Assembly (NCBI GenBank): GCA_977030845.1
Contig: OZ365115.1
Span: 34,658,001 to 34,722,000 of the forward strand
DNA: 64,000 nucleotides
Direction: 5' to 3'
Source: Fimbriosthenelais zetlandica
Lineage: Eukaryota
Numbering within the stretch: the first letter of the stretch is position 1; each line of letters opens with the position of its first letter. The notes beneath the pieces were generated by a model. That model did not search any database, was not told the DNA's origin, and saw only the letters and a list, made by a program, of their open reading frames with translations. Both the position numbers and the translations under genes were made by a program. This document shows, piece by piece, positions 28,901 to 41,527 of this stretch.

Positions 28901-29349
28901 CATCTTAATCAGCGTAATGTAATTAAATAATTAATACGGCATCAACAATGGATCCTCACCATGGTGCGCGTCACGAGTGAAGAGCAAATCTCGCCGATCT
29001 GCGTCCAATAACGCGAGAGATCACGAGATGAAATTTTGGCGCCAAAAAGCAGAGGAGATTTTTATGATGGGAGATTGATGAGGGGGGCCTGACTCGGTGG
29101 CCGCTGCCGGCATTGACAGCGGGAAGAGAAAGAGGCCTGTCACTTGACTATTGTTTTTAGCCTGAAGCATTGTAAAAGGGAGCAGCAGAGAGGTCCGACC
29201 AAGTGCATCTTATTACAAGTCACATTATTGGAAGATGGATAGAGGCTTTTCATGGCAACAGTACCCATGCCAACCACCGCTCATCACTCTTGAAAATCGG
29301 CCTCCAAGTGCGCTCTAACTTGATGACTTGGTGACAGGCTCTCTCAGAC

Positions 29350-29672
29350 GATTTTTACTCCTTTATATTCTTCTCTCTCTTTCCTCTCTCTCAACTCCAT
29401 CTCCCCCTCCCACCCCCTTGCTCCGTCACTCCCTCTACTCAAATATACTTTCCTGTCTCCTTCCTTCTCTCTCCTCACCCTCTCCCCCTCCTCTCTCTTC
29501 AGATCTATTCTCTCCATCTCGTCTCTCACTCTGTCCCTTATCTCTTTCTCACTTCCTATCCCCTCTTTCTCCCTCTCTATACCACTCCCTATCGACCCCC
29601 CACCCCTCTCTCTCACTCCCTGTCGACCCCCATCCCTCCTCTCTCTGCTCTCTCTCTCCCTCTCCCTCTCTG

Positions 29673-29721
<49 letters not shown>
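29350..29721 (+). repeat. Pyrimidine-rich low-complexity tract ending in a (CT)n microsatellite
   Basis: Almost all C/T on the + strand; pure (CT)n at ~29684-29720. Confidence 0.9.
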
Positions 29722-29722
<1 letters not shown>

Positions 29723-31020
29723 TGTCTGTAGTGGACTGTTGATCATATTTCTGCAGGAGCCACCATTTTCACCATGTTGTGGACACTTCTCTCTGATCTG
29801 CTCCCTTTTCAACCTTACAAACCCTTTCCATCTCTTCCCCTCGGCGTCTCCCCCTCTCCTCCCGATCTCTATCATGACAGTTCAATTTAGCCTGGGTTCA
29901 TCCTACCGAATTAAATCACTCATGTTGAAATACACACAAAACCTCTTCTCGTGTCGAGTCCTTTGCCCCTTGATTTGCACTACAAATGGCTTTAACTCGC
30001 CGCGTGCGTACAATGATTGGAGATCGCGCGTAGATGAATGCTGCGCGCGCATCTTCGCCGCCCTCTCAAAAGACGCCGATTGAGACATCCCCCGCTTGAC
30101 TGCTCATTGGTTGTTATGGCAACAATTGGTATTGTGATAAGTAGGCTGTAATCGCGTGCTCATCTTCCAACCCTTAACCCTTTCTTGTTGATTTTTTCTG
30201 CCATAAAAAGAGATACACTCGATTAAATTACAGCTTAAATACAGACAATTTTCAGCGGGTTTCTTTCGAAATGAGGAACAGTTTCTTAAAAAGTTGGCAC
30301 TGGAATTATGGATGTTTTAAAATGAAAAAAAATAGATCTAGATACGAATTAATTGGTCAGGGGTGAAGGGGTTAATATAAGATGGCGTGATAATCTTCAC
30401 AGCGCCCTCTGGATTACACTCGACATGAGCGCCACCTACCGTGCTCTACCTGTAATAGACAAACTCCCTATTATCGCTCAGTCTTTGATGTCAGCTTTGA
30501 TGTTGTAAATCACTCCACATCTCCCCCATTATCGCCCATTGTCTCCTATTATCGCTCACCCATGTAAATGAGATGCTCTAGTGGTGTTTACTAAGTTTAT
30601 TCAAGCTTAACTCGGGTCTGTACTCCTTCTAGATGGTTTAACATATTAGTATTCCCGAAATTAAACGTGGCTTCTGAAGTTCTGTTCACTTAGTGCATCC
30701 TAAATTCAACATGCGAATTGTTGTGTACATCAGTGGAAGTGAAACATGATTCTAAACTCTTTTGAGCTGAAACTTCTTCTTTGAATTGGAAAGCTGTTGT
30801 TCCATAAATAGTATTTTGAACTTACCTCAAAATGGACAATGGTATGAACCATTTCAATCTTAACAGCTGAACAGGCCCCTAGTATTACAATCTAATTATA
30901 CCTCATCTAAATGCGGGACATATTGGGATGACGTAAAAGATGACGTAATGAGTGACGTCAGGGTCAGACGTCGCACGTCCCATAAGTCACGTGTCCACCA
31001 GGGACTAATCCTTGAGATCT

Positions 31021-31036
31021 CCACTAGGTGGCAGTG
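31021..31036 (+). promoter_or_regulatory. CTCF-like site
   Basis: CCACTAGGTGGCAG matches the CCACYAGRKGGCR core. Confidence 0.5.
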
Positions 31037-33538
31037 TAAACAACGACCTGCGGGTCCAGACTCTCGTCTAGTCTCGTCAAGTCTCGCGAGAAGCAGTGAG
31101 TAAACACGGAGGGTCTGACAGTGAGTGAGGCAGCAGGGGGGTTTCCCAGAGTCTGTTAGTCCACGGTGGGAATCTCCATCATCCCCGATCCTCTCTCTAG
31201 TTTATTGGTTTGTTAAGGATGTCCTCCTAAATGCTACAGATTTAGATCCTTATTCAGCTTGTAATATGTTTGTGACATTGCCTCATCCAATGGGAGCCGT
31301 TATTAGCATCATTGCAAGAAACTGAGCATGTAAACTAAATAATAACAATGAGATATCATGCGTGAAAATGTCAAGACAAAACTTTAAAAATGGTTTTGTC
31401 ATTGAATATTCTGTAATTTAACTAAAATCAAAATTATGATTCCTGGATTGACTTTTGAATGGGAGATATCATTTTTCAGTTAAGGAAAATGAAAAGAAAA
31501 TGACAACATATTGATTGTGGATGAGATCAATATGGAATGAAGAAGAGCGGGGTTAGACCGGCCGTCTGATTGACTGACTAATGTTGTTGATTCACGACGA
31601 TTATGATTAATTACTGATGCACACAACCTGCCAGTCCCCATCATCTTCCAATGCTTCATTTAGCTCTTATCGATTCCCCAAACCTTCCCCGTGCATCGTT
31701 CCATCAAAAATGTCAGATGAAACGCCCTCCAATGATCACAGAATTCAACACAAACAGTCATTCAAGCCAAATCTATTTCCTCTGTGGGATCCATGCGGGG
31801 GATCCGTGGCACTTATACGGCGGATCCGTGCAATCTGAGGGGATGACATGGCACTTATACGGCTTCCGGTCAATAGATGACGTTCATATCATCGGCCGGC
31901 AGACAACAAGTGTTTCCGTTGAAGCCCGACTATGGCAGGATGGGCAAATAACGGAAACATCCGTACAAACGGACAAACCGCGCCATTCCCATCTCAAAGT
32001 CAACACTTTGATTCAGCAGCGAACCGCTAAGCTCGCCCAAGCCACTTTTTCGGTAGTCTCTATTGGAAGATTTTCTTTTGGCGATAGCTTATTTTTCTTG
32101 TGCTATTTTCTTCTGGCATTTGCTGTGCCACGTCCCACTCCTTTCCGCCCACTACGCTACTCACTACTAAGAAAAATGCAGGGACCTATCACTTGCCCAA
32201 TGAAAGAAGGGACCTATCACTTGCCCCAAGAAACATAATTATTGCAATGAAAAGCTGCAGGAATCGCAAGGCTCCCAAGTGCAGTTAGGCCTTGAGCAAA
32301 CATGGCGGTTTTTTTGGTGTTGACAGTAGCTTTCATGAGACGACTGAGAGCTGTGATGTATTGATATTATGGGATGATAAAAAGTAAACAATGTAAGCAT
32401 TGGATGATGTAAATATAGGAGCTTTAGACTGCGGTGATTATTACAGATAAGCTTCACTTTGACATTGAGCTTTTGTATGACATACACCAGGTCATTCAGC
32501 CCCACGTCCCCCTCCCTGACACCCCCATACGGCACATGATCGATGGCTCACAGTCTTATATTTCAACTTTTCAAACTTCTTCGCTGATAGAATGGGACCT
32601 CCTTATAATGATTTCTTTACTGAGATGATGGTTAAAGAAATAGTTAATATCCTCAAGGTTTTTTCTTGGAATTTGAGGATTCAAAACGTGTCAATAGCAA
32701 CTTCCGTTACCCACCCACCTGTTTTGCCATTGGGAGGCACTGCCATGATTTTTTTTTAAATCTTAATAATATGAAATTTTAGTTAAGAACTTGGTCCCTT
32801 CAACCACTTCCTAATTCCCAACATGGCCTTGGTTATCCTTGTATCTTGCCTCACTGAATTTGATACTTCAAAGGTATGAATTCATATAAACCTGCAATGG
32901 TATCCCATATACCAATATCCCATACTTTATTCCTAGTTTATTAAAATATTTCTTGACAAAAACTTCACAAGAATCATTCACCCGTCTCTGTATAAACTCA
33001 CCATGGAACCGGAAGTAGTAATATGACCTTCACATGACCTCTATGCTTCCATTGAGCGGAAGTAAAGTCTTCAATATCAGTGAATCAGGAACTCATCGAT
33101 TCTCGTCCAGTGATGAGGTAGTCTCGCGATATTACCACGGTAATCACGTGAGATTTCAGCAGAGTCACGGAAGCGCCATTGTGGCGCAGTGAGAGTTCAG
33201 AGAAATACCTAGGATGAAATGAGACGCGAGTAAACCTATAAAAGAGCAGGGAGAGTCTTTGATGTCTTTCGGCAGATTTCCAGGTGTTTTGGATGTGTGT
33301 GGAGGTTACTGATCATTGGTCAATAGGATGAAATGAGAGGGAAGCTATGTTCTATCATGTAACATGCGAACTCCCGACTCGCCATCAAAAAGCTGGGTGG
33401 ATGGATGGGGGCGGTGGAGCGTGATCCTCAACCAAGCCTTACTCTCTATAGCCATGCTTCAGTGAAGGTAGAGGTAAAGGGACTGTAGTTATAGCTCCCA
33501 TACCAGGAACATAGGCTGATCATCATGCAGTAACTCCA

Positions 33539-33625
33539 CTAGGGATTTCTGTCTTTCGATTCTTGCAATTCATGACAATTGCTGTACTTGAAAAGCTGCA
33601 AGAATCACAGAGCAGTAATCCCTGA
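33539..33625. repeat. Palindromic mini-element of a degenerate dispersed family (MITE-like)
   Basis: AGGGATT...AATCCCT ends with inner GATTCTTGCA/TGCAAGAATC. Related GAAAAGCTGCAAGAAT or TTCGATTCTTGCA pieces occur near 22575, 32250, 35055, 39090, 41030 and 63030. Confidence 0.5.
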
Positions 33626-35545
33626 TGGAGTCACTTTTAGACGATGCTAACTTAGGCCAACTCTACTTCGTTTTTCACTGATTACAGCTCTTGCAGTTTT
33701 TATGACAATTAGAGCTGCCAAAATTGTGTTAAAATAATAATCCTTTACCCATTTATATAACCCTGACGGTCTGATTTAGTGTCGTACTCTGGTCATCGTC
33801 CACTGAATCTGTCTGTAGTATCCACCATGATGCCTCACCACTGAACCGTGCACTATATACCGTGCATTATGATTCTATTATAGCACTCACTCAGCCGCGA
33901 GTCAGGGCTTCATGTGCCCGCCGCTCGCCAGAGGCGCTCTACGTATAACTGTGGGGGCAGTCATCTATAAACTGATGTGTCGTGTTCACTAAAATTAGCC
34001 CAAGATGGCGGACGCACAGGGGTCAAAACACAATACACTAATGTGCTTAGGGTTAATATTATTAAAATAGTTAGTGAGTATATACATTGGCTTGAGGCAA
34101 TTGGAGACAAAAATGGAAATTTATTACACATTTTGTACTTTCCCTCAATGTCATCATTTTATGGTTTTTTAAGTATTGTTTTAATCCACCAAGGCGACCT
34201 TTTAGTCCTGATTTCAAAAAGCATGATCGCATAATGTGACCTTTGACCTTCTTTATGTGACCTTTGACCTTTTTCTGCTTTGTTAACAAATCTGAACACA
34301 GAGGTAGTTATTGTGCTGAGGCTATACATGCTGCAGGAAAAGCAAGCTAGCTTAATTTACACCAATACTTAAGGCTGTATTCTACAGCTGTGACTATCAG
34401 AGGTATCAGAGGCAGAAAGGTGTAAGTTGTGATTGAAGTTGAACATGGCAAATGTCTTCCTACATTTGTGCACTTTCATTGAGACACAAAGCTCGCTTTT
34501 GTCGCAAATCGCACCAGTGGGGGAAGGCCTTATAAGCATCAGGAAAATCAGTGCTTCCGGTGAATTGGGGAGGTGTAGAGGGGGTGGGAATGAACGGGGG
34601 GAGGTGTAGGGGTGGGAATAACATGGACCTACAAGTAGGAGCCAGATGTATCCATGCCAGGGTATAGTGAGGCTACTGTCTGCGGCGAGCTGACCAGAAA
34701 CATGACGGCGGTTAGCTCAACAATTGTTGTGTGTGTTCACTCCTCATGTCCCTATCACTCCATGTCTCATTGCATTTTACCCTGGTACTCTCCCTCTATA
34801 TACTCCCCACATACTTATTGAACCCTTAGGGGACTTAAATACAATGAATTGCATCGAAGATGAATCTCCCTTGTTTTGCCTTGGCTGGTATAAATTGAAG
34901 TCAGAGTTACTGTTGTCAAAGGTTGCCTGTCAAGAGATGAAGCAATGCGTATCCAACCCTTTATTGCAATTTGGTTCTTGTGGCATGCAGGGATGAGCTC
35001 TTGCTGGACTGAATTGATTCCACTGCAAGTCCAGCAAACGCTCCAAGTAAATTGCAATGAAAAGCCTATTATTTTAGCAACTGAAAGTGCAGAATCAAAT
35101 GAAAATTGTGAAGAATCACACAACAAAGATCCCTAGTTCATTTCTATGTACTGATCTTTATAATTTACCAGTGATGATGGCATTAATGTTGAGCATGTCT
35201 TCAGTATGGTGGTTATCGTTTAACGTCTTCAGGCTTTAGTTTCCATGATGTATGGGCTATATATGACATATAGAGTAATCTGTTTCCTGAGTTAATGAGG
35301 GTGGGATAATGAATCTGATATAGGGTTAATTAATACCTTTTTGTACCTCCAGTATGTCAGTGAACTCGGTGAGGGATGCTTTAAATCCTGAACCCACTAA
35401 CCTACATTCATGATGAATTAATCTCTTGGTTTTAAGCTTTAATAACGTTGGTCAGATTAATATCACAAGAGGAGGAGACACACTGTTGATCCATCATAGA
35501 TAATACATGTAGTCTCATGCAAGTTTACAGCATGTATGCATGCCC

Positions 35546-35663
35546 CTTACATGCCTCTCACCACATGACTGGCCTTTACATGCCTCTCAACAACAGACAG
35601 TTGGAAACATGACTGACCTTTTACAATACTCTCAACAACAGAGAGTGGGAGACATGGCTGACC
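35546..35663 (-). mobile_element. SINE-like family A fragment (~3 units)
   Basis: TTACATGCCTCTCACCAC...CAGACAGT...GGGAGACATGGCTG. Confidence 0.65.
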
Positions 35664-38156
35664 CAAGTCCATTGAGTCAAAAACTCTAATAAAACGATTG
35701 CGTTAATGAATAAGTAGAGTTTTAGATAGTGAGATAGAGTTGGTTGTAGAGTCGTTAGAAGGTGAGGTATAATATTAATGATACAGTTTATCAGTCGGGC
35801 GTCCTTTATACAGGCCAGGTGAGACCAGGTGTGAATGATAACGGTGATAACAGTAGTAAATATTACACCCACCACCTCCTCGTCCCCCACCCACTCCCCC
35901 ACCCCCTACACTCACACACGTGCCACTCCTGTGATCAGGCTACTGTATAATAATACCCTGTACATTTAAGCCGCTACTCCAGTGCTGACAGTTAACCCTC
36001 AGCACTATTGTGGCAATGTTGGTGGTTTTATCATAATGAAAATCGCAAAGAATCTGTGGCAAATGAAATCGCACCAGTATGGACTTATGAACCCAAACAA
36101 ATACAAAAGTTACAGTTGCTTCCCTATGTTTTTACCCGTTACAATGGTGAAAATACTCCAAATAACAAATCTAAGGTGGGTATGGTGCGTTCCAAATTCT
36201 CTAAATTATACATGAACCCAATTGGTTTCTGCTGAAGTGCTTTAGATTCCCCGCACGTCTGCCCTGTCAGGAGGGCAGGGAGGATGTAGTGAGAGAGAGG
36301 GTTCTCTTCCTACCTCTCCTCATCTGTTTACAGGTCAATCAAGGTCAAATTTTTTCTGATGTTGCCTCGATTTGGTCCTCATTATCTCCAGAACGAGGCT
36401 GGAATTTTAAAACGGCTTCCTACATTGTTTCAGTGACTGCTGAAGCCTGAATGGTTAGACCTTTGCTTCCAGGCATGATTATACTTTTCACTGAAGTTTA
36501 AAATGGATTAGAAAAGCCAAGCTAAAACACATGTTGGGTCATCATCACATTCAAAGAATGAAGTTTATATTTTATGACATTTTGGTGGGGAAAAATACCT
36601 GAACTTTTGTATTTTAAGTCTTCCGGGTTATGAGCTCTGAATGTCAGTTAGGTTTTGAGTCTTGAGAGAGTTGACACGGTCCCCTAGAGTTTTTTTTTCT
36701 TGTTCCTCCCTTTTTTATTTTTTGTGCCCCTCCTCCTTTTGTATAGAATCATAAGGAGATGAACGATTTTCCTCAGTGAGTAGAGAAATCGGGAAGAAGA
36801 AGAAAGGAGCAAAGCAGCTGAGTCAATAGAAAATGTAAACAGAGGACCAATATTGGTTGGCAAGGAGACGGCGGCCATGATGATAAAAGAGGCAAACTGC
36901 GCGACTAGAACAAAGTCTACTTTCACTATCTCTGTCCTAAATAATCCATGCCATGGTCGTGAAGGCAGTTTAACAGATGCTTTCTAGTTAATCTCAGATG
37001 TTTGTGGTCTTTGATTTTCTTGGTTTTTTCCCTAAAACGCCGTAATGTGAAAGGCCAGTTAGGACTACCTTAGCTAGGATCTTAGTTGTCCATTTTAATA
37101 GTGGGTTCACCTCTTGTAAGCTAGTTACCTCATGAAGAGTTCTGGAGTCATTATATTTTAATATTTGCTCTATCTCTCTGAACCTTACCGACATAGATGA
37201 ACACACAATAACAACAAAGTAGGTGTTACAGCGTGAACCAGGGTACCAGCACACACAGCCTGGGTACCAGTTAACAAATCCCATCCTTCATACCCCTATT
37301 ATCGCTCACTAAGACACCTAGCGACCGCCTAGACATCCACACCTAAACTTGATCCAACATAGCAGTCTTTGTCCATCTATTGTCCACGGACAACTGGACG
37401 TTTCCCAGACTGACAGCTTTGCCCTCAGCTGCTGTATTGATTTAAGTGTCCACTTGTGTCAAACACGATGATTGAGCCATGGTCAGTGTCAATGATAGCC
37501 GTACGGGGGTTAGTTGGTATGTCAATATGTGGTCTAAATGGTCAGACAATAGACAGTTACTCCCCACGGACGGTATGACAACCACAATGACGTCATAAAA
37601 GGATTGTCATAGCAACACCGCCTGAACTGAGCATCCTGTCACCTCTCTGTTCTTTCTTGATTTATTTCATTTCACTGTATTTTTCAATACAGAAACCATT
37701 CTAACTGTTTCCCTTGACTCCCTGTTGATTTATCAACAATATTTAATTGCCAAATGTTGCCTCGGCTTGTACCGAGCATTGACTCTATCTTTCTCAGAAT
37801 CCACTGAACTCTGGCATCTCTTTCACTGAATGATGTCTGAGACCAGCCACAAAACCCTTCTCCACATCCTCTATGGCCTTTTACGCGCCACTCACGGCCG
37901 TCTCACTCTCACATTTGTTCGCATTTTCACCCAATGATGGCGAGATTTCCTCGTCACTGCGGGACTACCGGAAGTGCTTGGGCAGTCGCTAGTTTTGCCC
38001 CTCCCAAGCTGGAGATTTCCCCTTCCTGCGCGCACCAGTTTCCGCATGTCACTCTATGTCAGTTCATCACTGCACCCGCCCTGAGTTTCCTTACACTAAC
38101 GGCGAGTTTGTGGCTCCGCCGGCCATTTTTCTTTTCTGGGCGTTTTTAAGAATTGT

Positions 38157-38560
38157 TGAGAGAAGAGGAGGAGAGGAAGATGTGGTAGGTTAGATGAGGG
38201 AGAGAAATGAGAAAGGGAAAGGGGACGGGAGGGAGAAGAGGGAGCAGGGAAGTGAAAATGGGAGGGGCGGAAAGAGTATGTATACATTTGGATGTATACA
38301 TAGAGAGGAAGTGGGAAAAGGGAGTGATGGGTTATAGAGAAGATGGAGTAGAACATAGAAAAGGGGAGGTGGAAAGCAAGAAGAGGGTTCATAGGGGAAG
38401 AACTGGGGAAAGGAAGGGGAGAGGAGCGGGAAATATGGAAAGGAAAGAGTGGAGAAGACAACAAGGAGCAGAAGGAAAGACTTATAGAGGGACTAGGGAT
38501 GGGCAAAGCAAAATGAGAGGGGGAGGGGAGGGAGATGGAAAGAATAATGGATACAGACAA
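38157..38560 (+). repeat. Purine-rich (GA) low-complexity tract
   Basis: Strong A/G bias on the + strand. Confidence 0.8.
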
Positions 38561-39961
38561 GATCAGATGATCAGTTGAAGTTTAGAATTAGAGGGGAGCA
38601 GGGACTATCTTCTGGAGGCGAGCCAGGATGGGCCACGATAGACGATCTCTCACGATCTCTCACGTCTGATCCAGTATTTATCTGAGCGATAATAGAAGCA
38701 TCAGTAGGCGGTTAATAAGAGGGCGAGCAAAGTGGTCGTAAATATGTCGTCCTGGGTTCTTATTAGGCATCTAAAGATGAGCTAGGATGAGCTGATGGTC
38801 CTACTCACTATCTACAAACACTCCCGATGACAAGGACCGCTAGTAATCTATCATAGGCTTACTGGAGATGGCTCAATAATGGTCTGTTTACTTTGGGCCT
38901 TTCTCTCGATACTCAAAGGATAAAAAGGATATTTAAAACTCATTTTAGTCGGGTTTTTCTTGGGAAAATGGAAAGGATGATTGCATCTTTAAAGCCATTG
39001 AGCTTTCAATTAGAAAGGTCGAGATTTTGAAGTGCATTTGCCAGACTGTCAGTTGGTAGGCCAGTCACAATCAGGTTCACATTGATTGCGATTCTTGCAT
39101 GCCCTTGCGATTGTGCGGATTTGGATGAAAACACTATAGATTTGAGGTATCAACGAAGCGAGCTTGCACATTGCATTTATCTGAGCTTTGTTGGTTTAAC
39201 TGGAACTCCATTAGGGATTTCAGCAAGAAAATTCCAATGACAAGTTGCACGAATCGCAATGCTAAAAAAGCGGAGTGGAGTTAGCCTATTAGCACTGACA
39301 AGTGTCAGTGTTTATTGGGGACGGTGAATAGAATGCTGACACGTCAGTCTATCTATCAGACAGAGGGCTGTAGCTAATTAATCCCACAAAAAGCCGCCAT
39401 CTTGATGAGCACCGCGTCCCTCACCCATTTACACTGACGGACGCCCAGCCTTCCCGTTGTTAAAAGAGCGGGAAAATGGAACAAAATGTCGTCTGCGACA
39501 CAACCGGAAGTGGGCTGTCTCGCGTCTATACATCAGAGCCCTCTAACGGCCACTAATGTAGACAGTAGGCCTCCTTCCCACGATCAGTTCCACAAAAAGA
39601 TAAGGCCGTCTGAAAATCAAAGGAAGAAGGGAATGGAGTGGAGGCTGAAAATGGCGACAGGAAGTGCTAAACTGACGCGCGTGCGCAGTGAAAGGATTTC
39701 TATGAGAGGAGAGAGACTGGAAGCTTGGGTCCTGATGCTGACTGCCTACACTAGCAGGAACTCACAAGCTCTCTCTATTGCATAATCAACTCTCTTTTAC
39801 ATAGTCTGTCTAGAGTTTACTTTGGAGTAAAAGACTCTTTCTAAAGACTATATATCGGGAGAAATTACTGCAAAGTTCAGTGTAGACAGAATCTATAATT
39901 GAGGAGGCACGTGTCCCCACTTTGGTTCAGAGTGCCCCCATATTGGGGCAGGTGACTCCTG

Positions 39962-39977
39962 GCTCCCCCTAGCGGCC
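39962..39977 (-). promoter_or_regulatory. CTCF-like site
   Basis: The minus strand reads GGCCGCTAGGGGGAGC. Confidence 0.45.
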
Positions 39978-40324
39978 GAGGCCGGAGTAACGAGGAGGGC
40001 AAGCTCCGCCATAAATCATGCGCCATTTGCATGGCAGAATTAATTTGTCGGCATTTAATGAGTAAATTATTGATGTTAGCTCAGGCAGATGGGGTTAGAT
40101 AGGGACCCGTGCGCGAGCCTTCAATCGTTCATCTCTCCTTATTCTCATCATAACAGAGTGATTCATAACTGCTCAGCGCGCCTTCCCCGCGCGCGCACTG
40201 CGCGAGGCGGTATTGGGGGTGAAGGGAAATTGGATGGATGAATGGGAGGAGTGGATAAATCTTAATCATTCTCTACATTATGGAATTAATCATAGCTGCA
40301 GATGCTGGCATTATATTGACACTG

Positions 40325-40440
40325 CTGTCACTTAGCTGTCACAAGCTTCTGTCACTTAGCTGTCACAAGCTTCTGTCACTTTGCTGTCACAAGGTTCTGT
40401 CACTTTGCTGTCACAACGTTCTGTCAATATGCTGTCACAA
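40325..40440 (+). repeat. 24-bp tandem repeat x5, each unit holding two CTGTCA
   Basis: CTGTCA at 40325, 40336, 40349, 40360, 40373, 40384, 40397, 40408, 40421 and 40432. Confidence 0.92.
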
Positions 40441-41321
40441 GTTTTCGGAATATAGAACTGTCATATAATAGGGAAGGGGCCTTGGCTTAGAAATTTAGAT
40501 ATATCTGCGAATATTAAGGCAATGCTCCGAAATCAATGAGTTTAGCAGTAGTTGTGTCTGTTAATTCCAGCCTTGTCTCACATTATCTGTGCAGCACCCA
40601 GTCTCTTGTCTTTTATTATGTCCATGTCCTCCTCTCTCTCCTGGCGATACACGCATGCGCACTGACACGAAATGCCGGAAATGGTTGTGACGCGGAAGCA
40701 GGTGGACGGCGAGAGAATAATGGCAGGACGAGAGAGTGTGATGAAATATAGACGCTCTCCCTCTCTCCTCCCTCTTCCCTCTCCTCCCTCTCTAGCTCCC
40801 TCCGTCTCTGTCTCCTCTTTCTCATCCCTCCCTCCTTCCTCCTTTCCTGCCCCTTCCCTCTAGCTCTCTGTCCCTCCTTCCTCCTTCTGCCACCGTTTTC
40901 TCACACCTCTTCCTAAATCTTTCTAAGACAACCTTTTTTACTGTCTATTCAACATGTGTTGCAAATGTCTACTTTTCATATACTGCTCACATGGGCAATG
41001 GGATAACTCTACCAGGGAATTTTATCTTTCGATTCTTGCAACTGCTGTTACAATCTGCTGCAATTGATGCTAGTTTAAGTCAGCTCTACTTGTGTTTTCA
41101 AATCTCTGTAGTCGTAAATATCACCTTTGTTCTTTTATCAACATTTCATTTCTACTGACCTAAATAACTCTTTTTCTCTTCGCGGAAATGATTATAAATT
41201 CAGTATTTTTTGTGCTTTCTGAGTTAATTAATATGTTTGATGTGCTGGGCTTTGTGTGGGCCTGTCAGTTGGGGTAGTTTACTGTTGTCAATATGACTGA
41301 TAAGGATTTCAATAAAGAGAT

Positions 41322-41335
41322 AAGACAAGATAACA
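41322..41335 (+). promoter_or_regulatory. EVI1 N-terminal zinc-finger consensus site
   Basis: AAGACAAGATAACA matches the EVI1 consensus AAGAYAAGATAABA; it is preceded by an overlapping GAGATAAG. Confidence 0.5.
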
Positions 41336-41527
41336 GCACAATGTGCTCGTGGTACCTGAGCTTATAAAACAACTGGTGGCTGAGGCATTGCCTTCTGGGA
41401 AAAGGATCCAAGGGGCGGGGGGGGGGGGCCTTCTGGGAAGCATCTAGTGGTGGCGGGAAAAATAGGATTTGGCAATATTTTTGACGATGTGATTCGCCAT
41501 TTACGAAGCTGGAAAAGGGGGTTGAAG

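Noticed and set aside
29328-30083. 251-aa ORF, and similar ORFs at 38096-38578, 41362-41931, 48677-49330, 49737-51119 and 52149-52600
   Set aside because: They are translations of CT/GA/G-run low-complexity DNA (poly S/L/P or G/R/E) with no domain signature.
31651-32238. 195-aa ORF in intron 1
   Set aside because: No recognisable domain or transposase motif and no clear splice signals; it contains short local duplications (TGGCACTTATACGGC twice, GGGACCTATCACTTGCCC twice).
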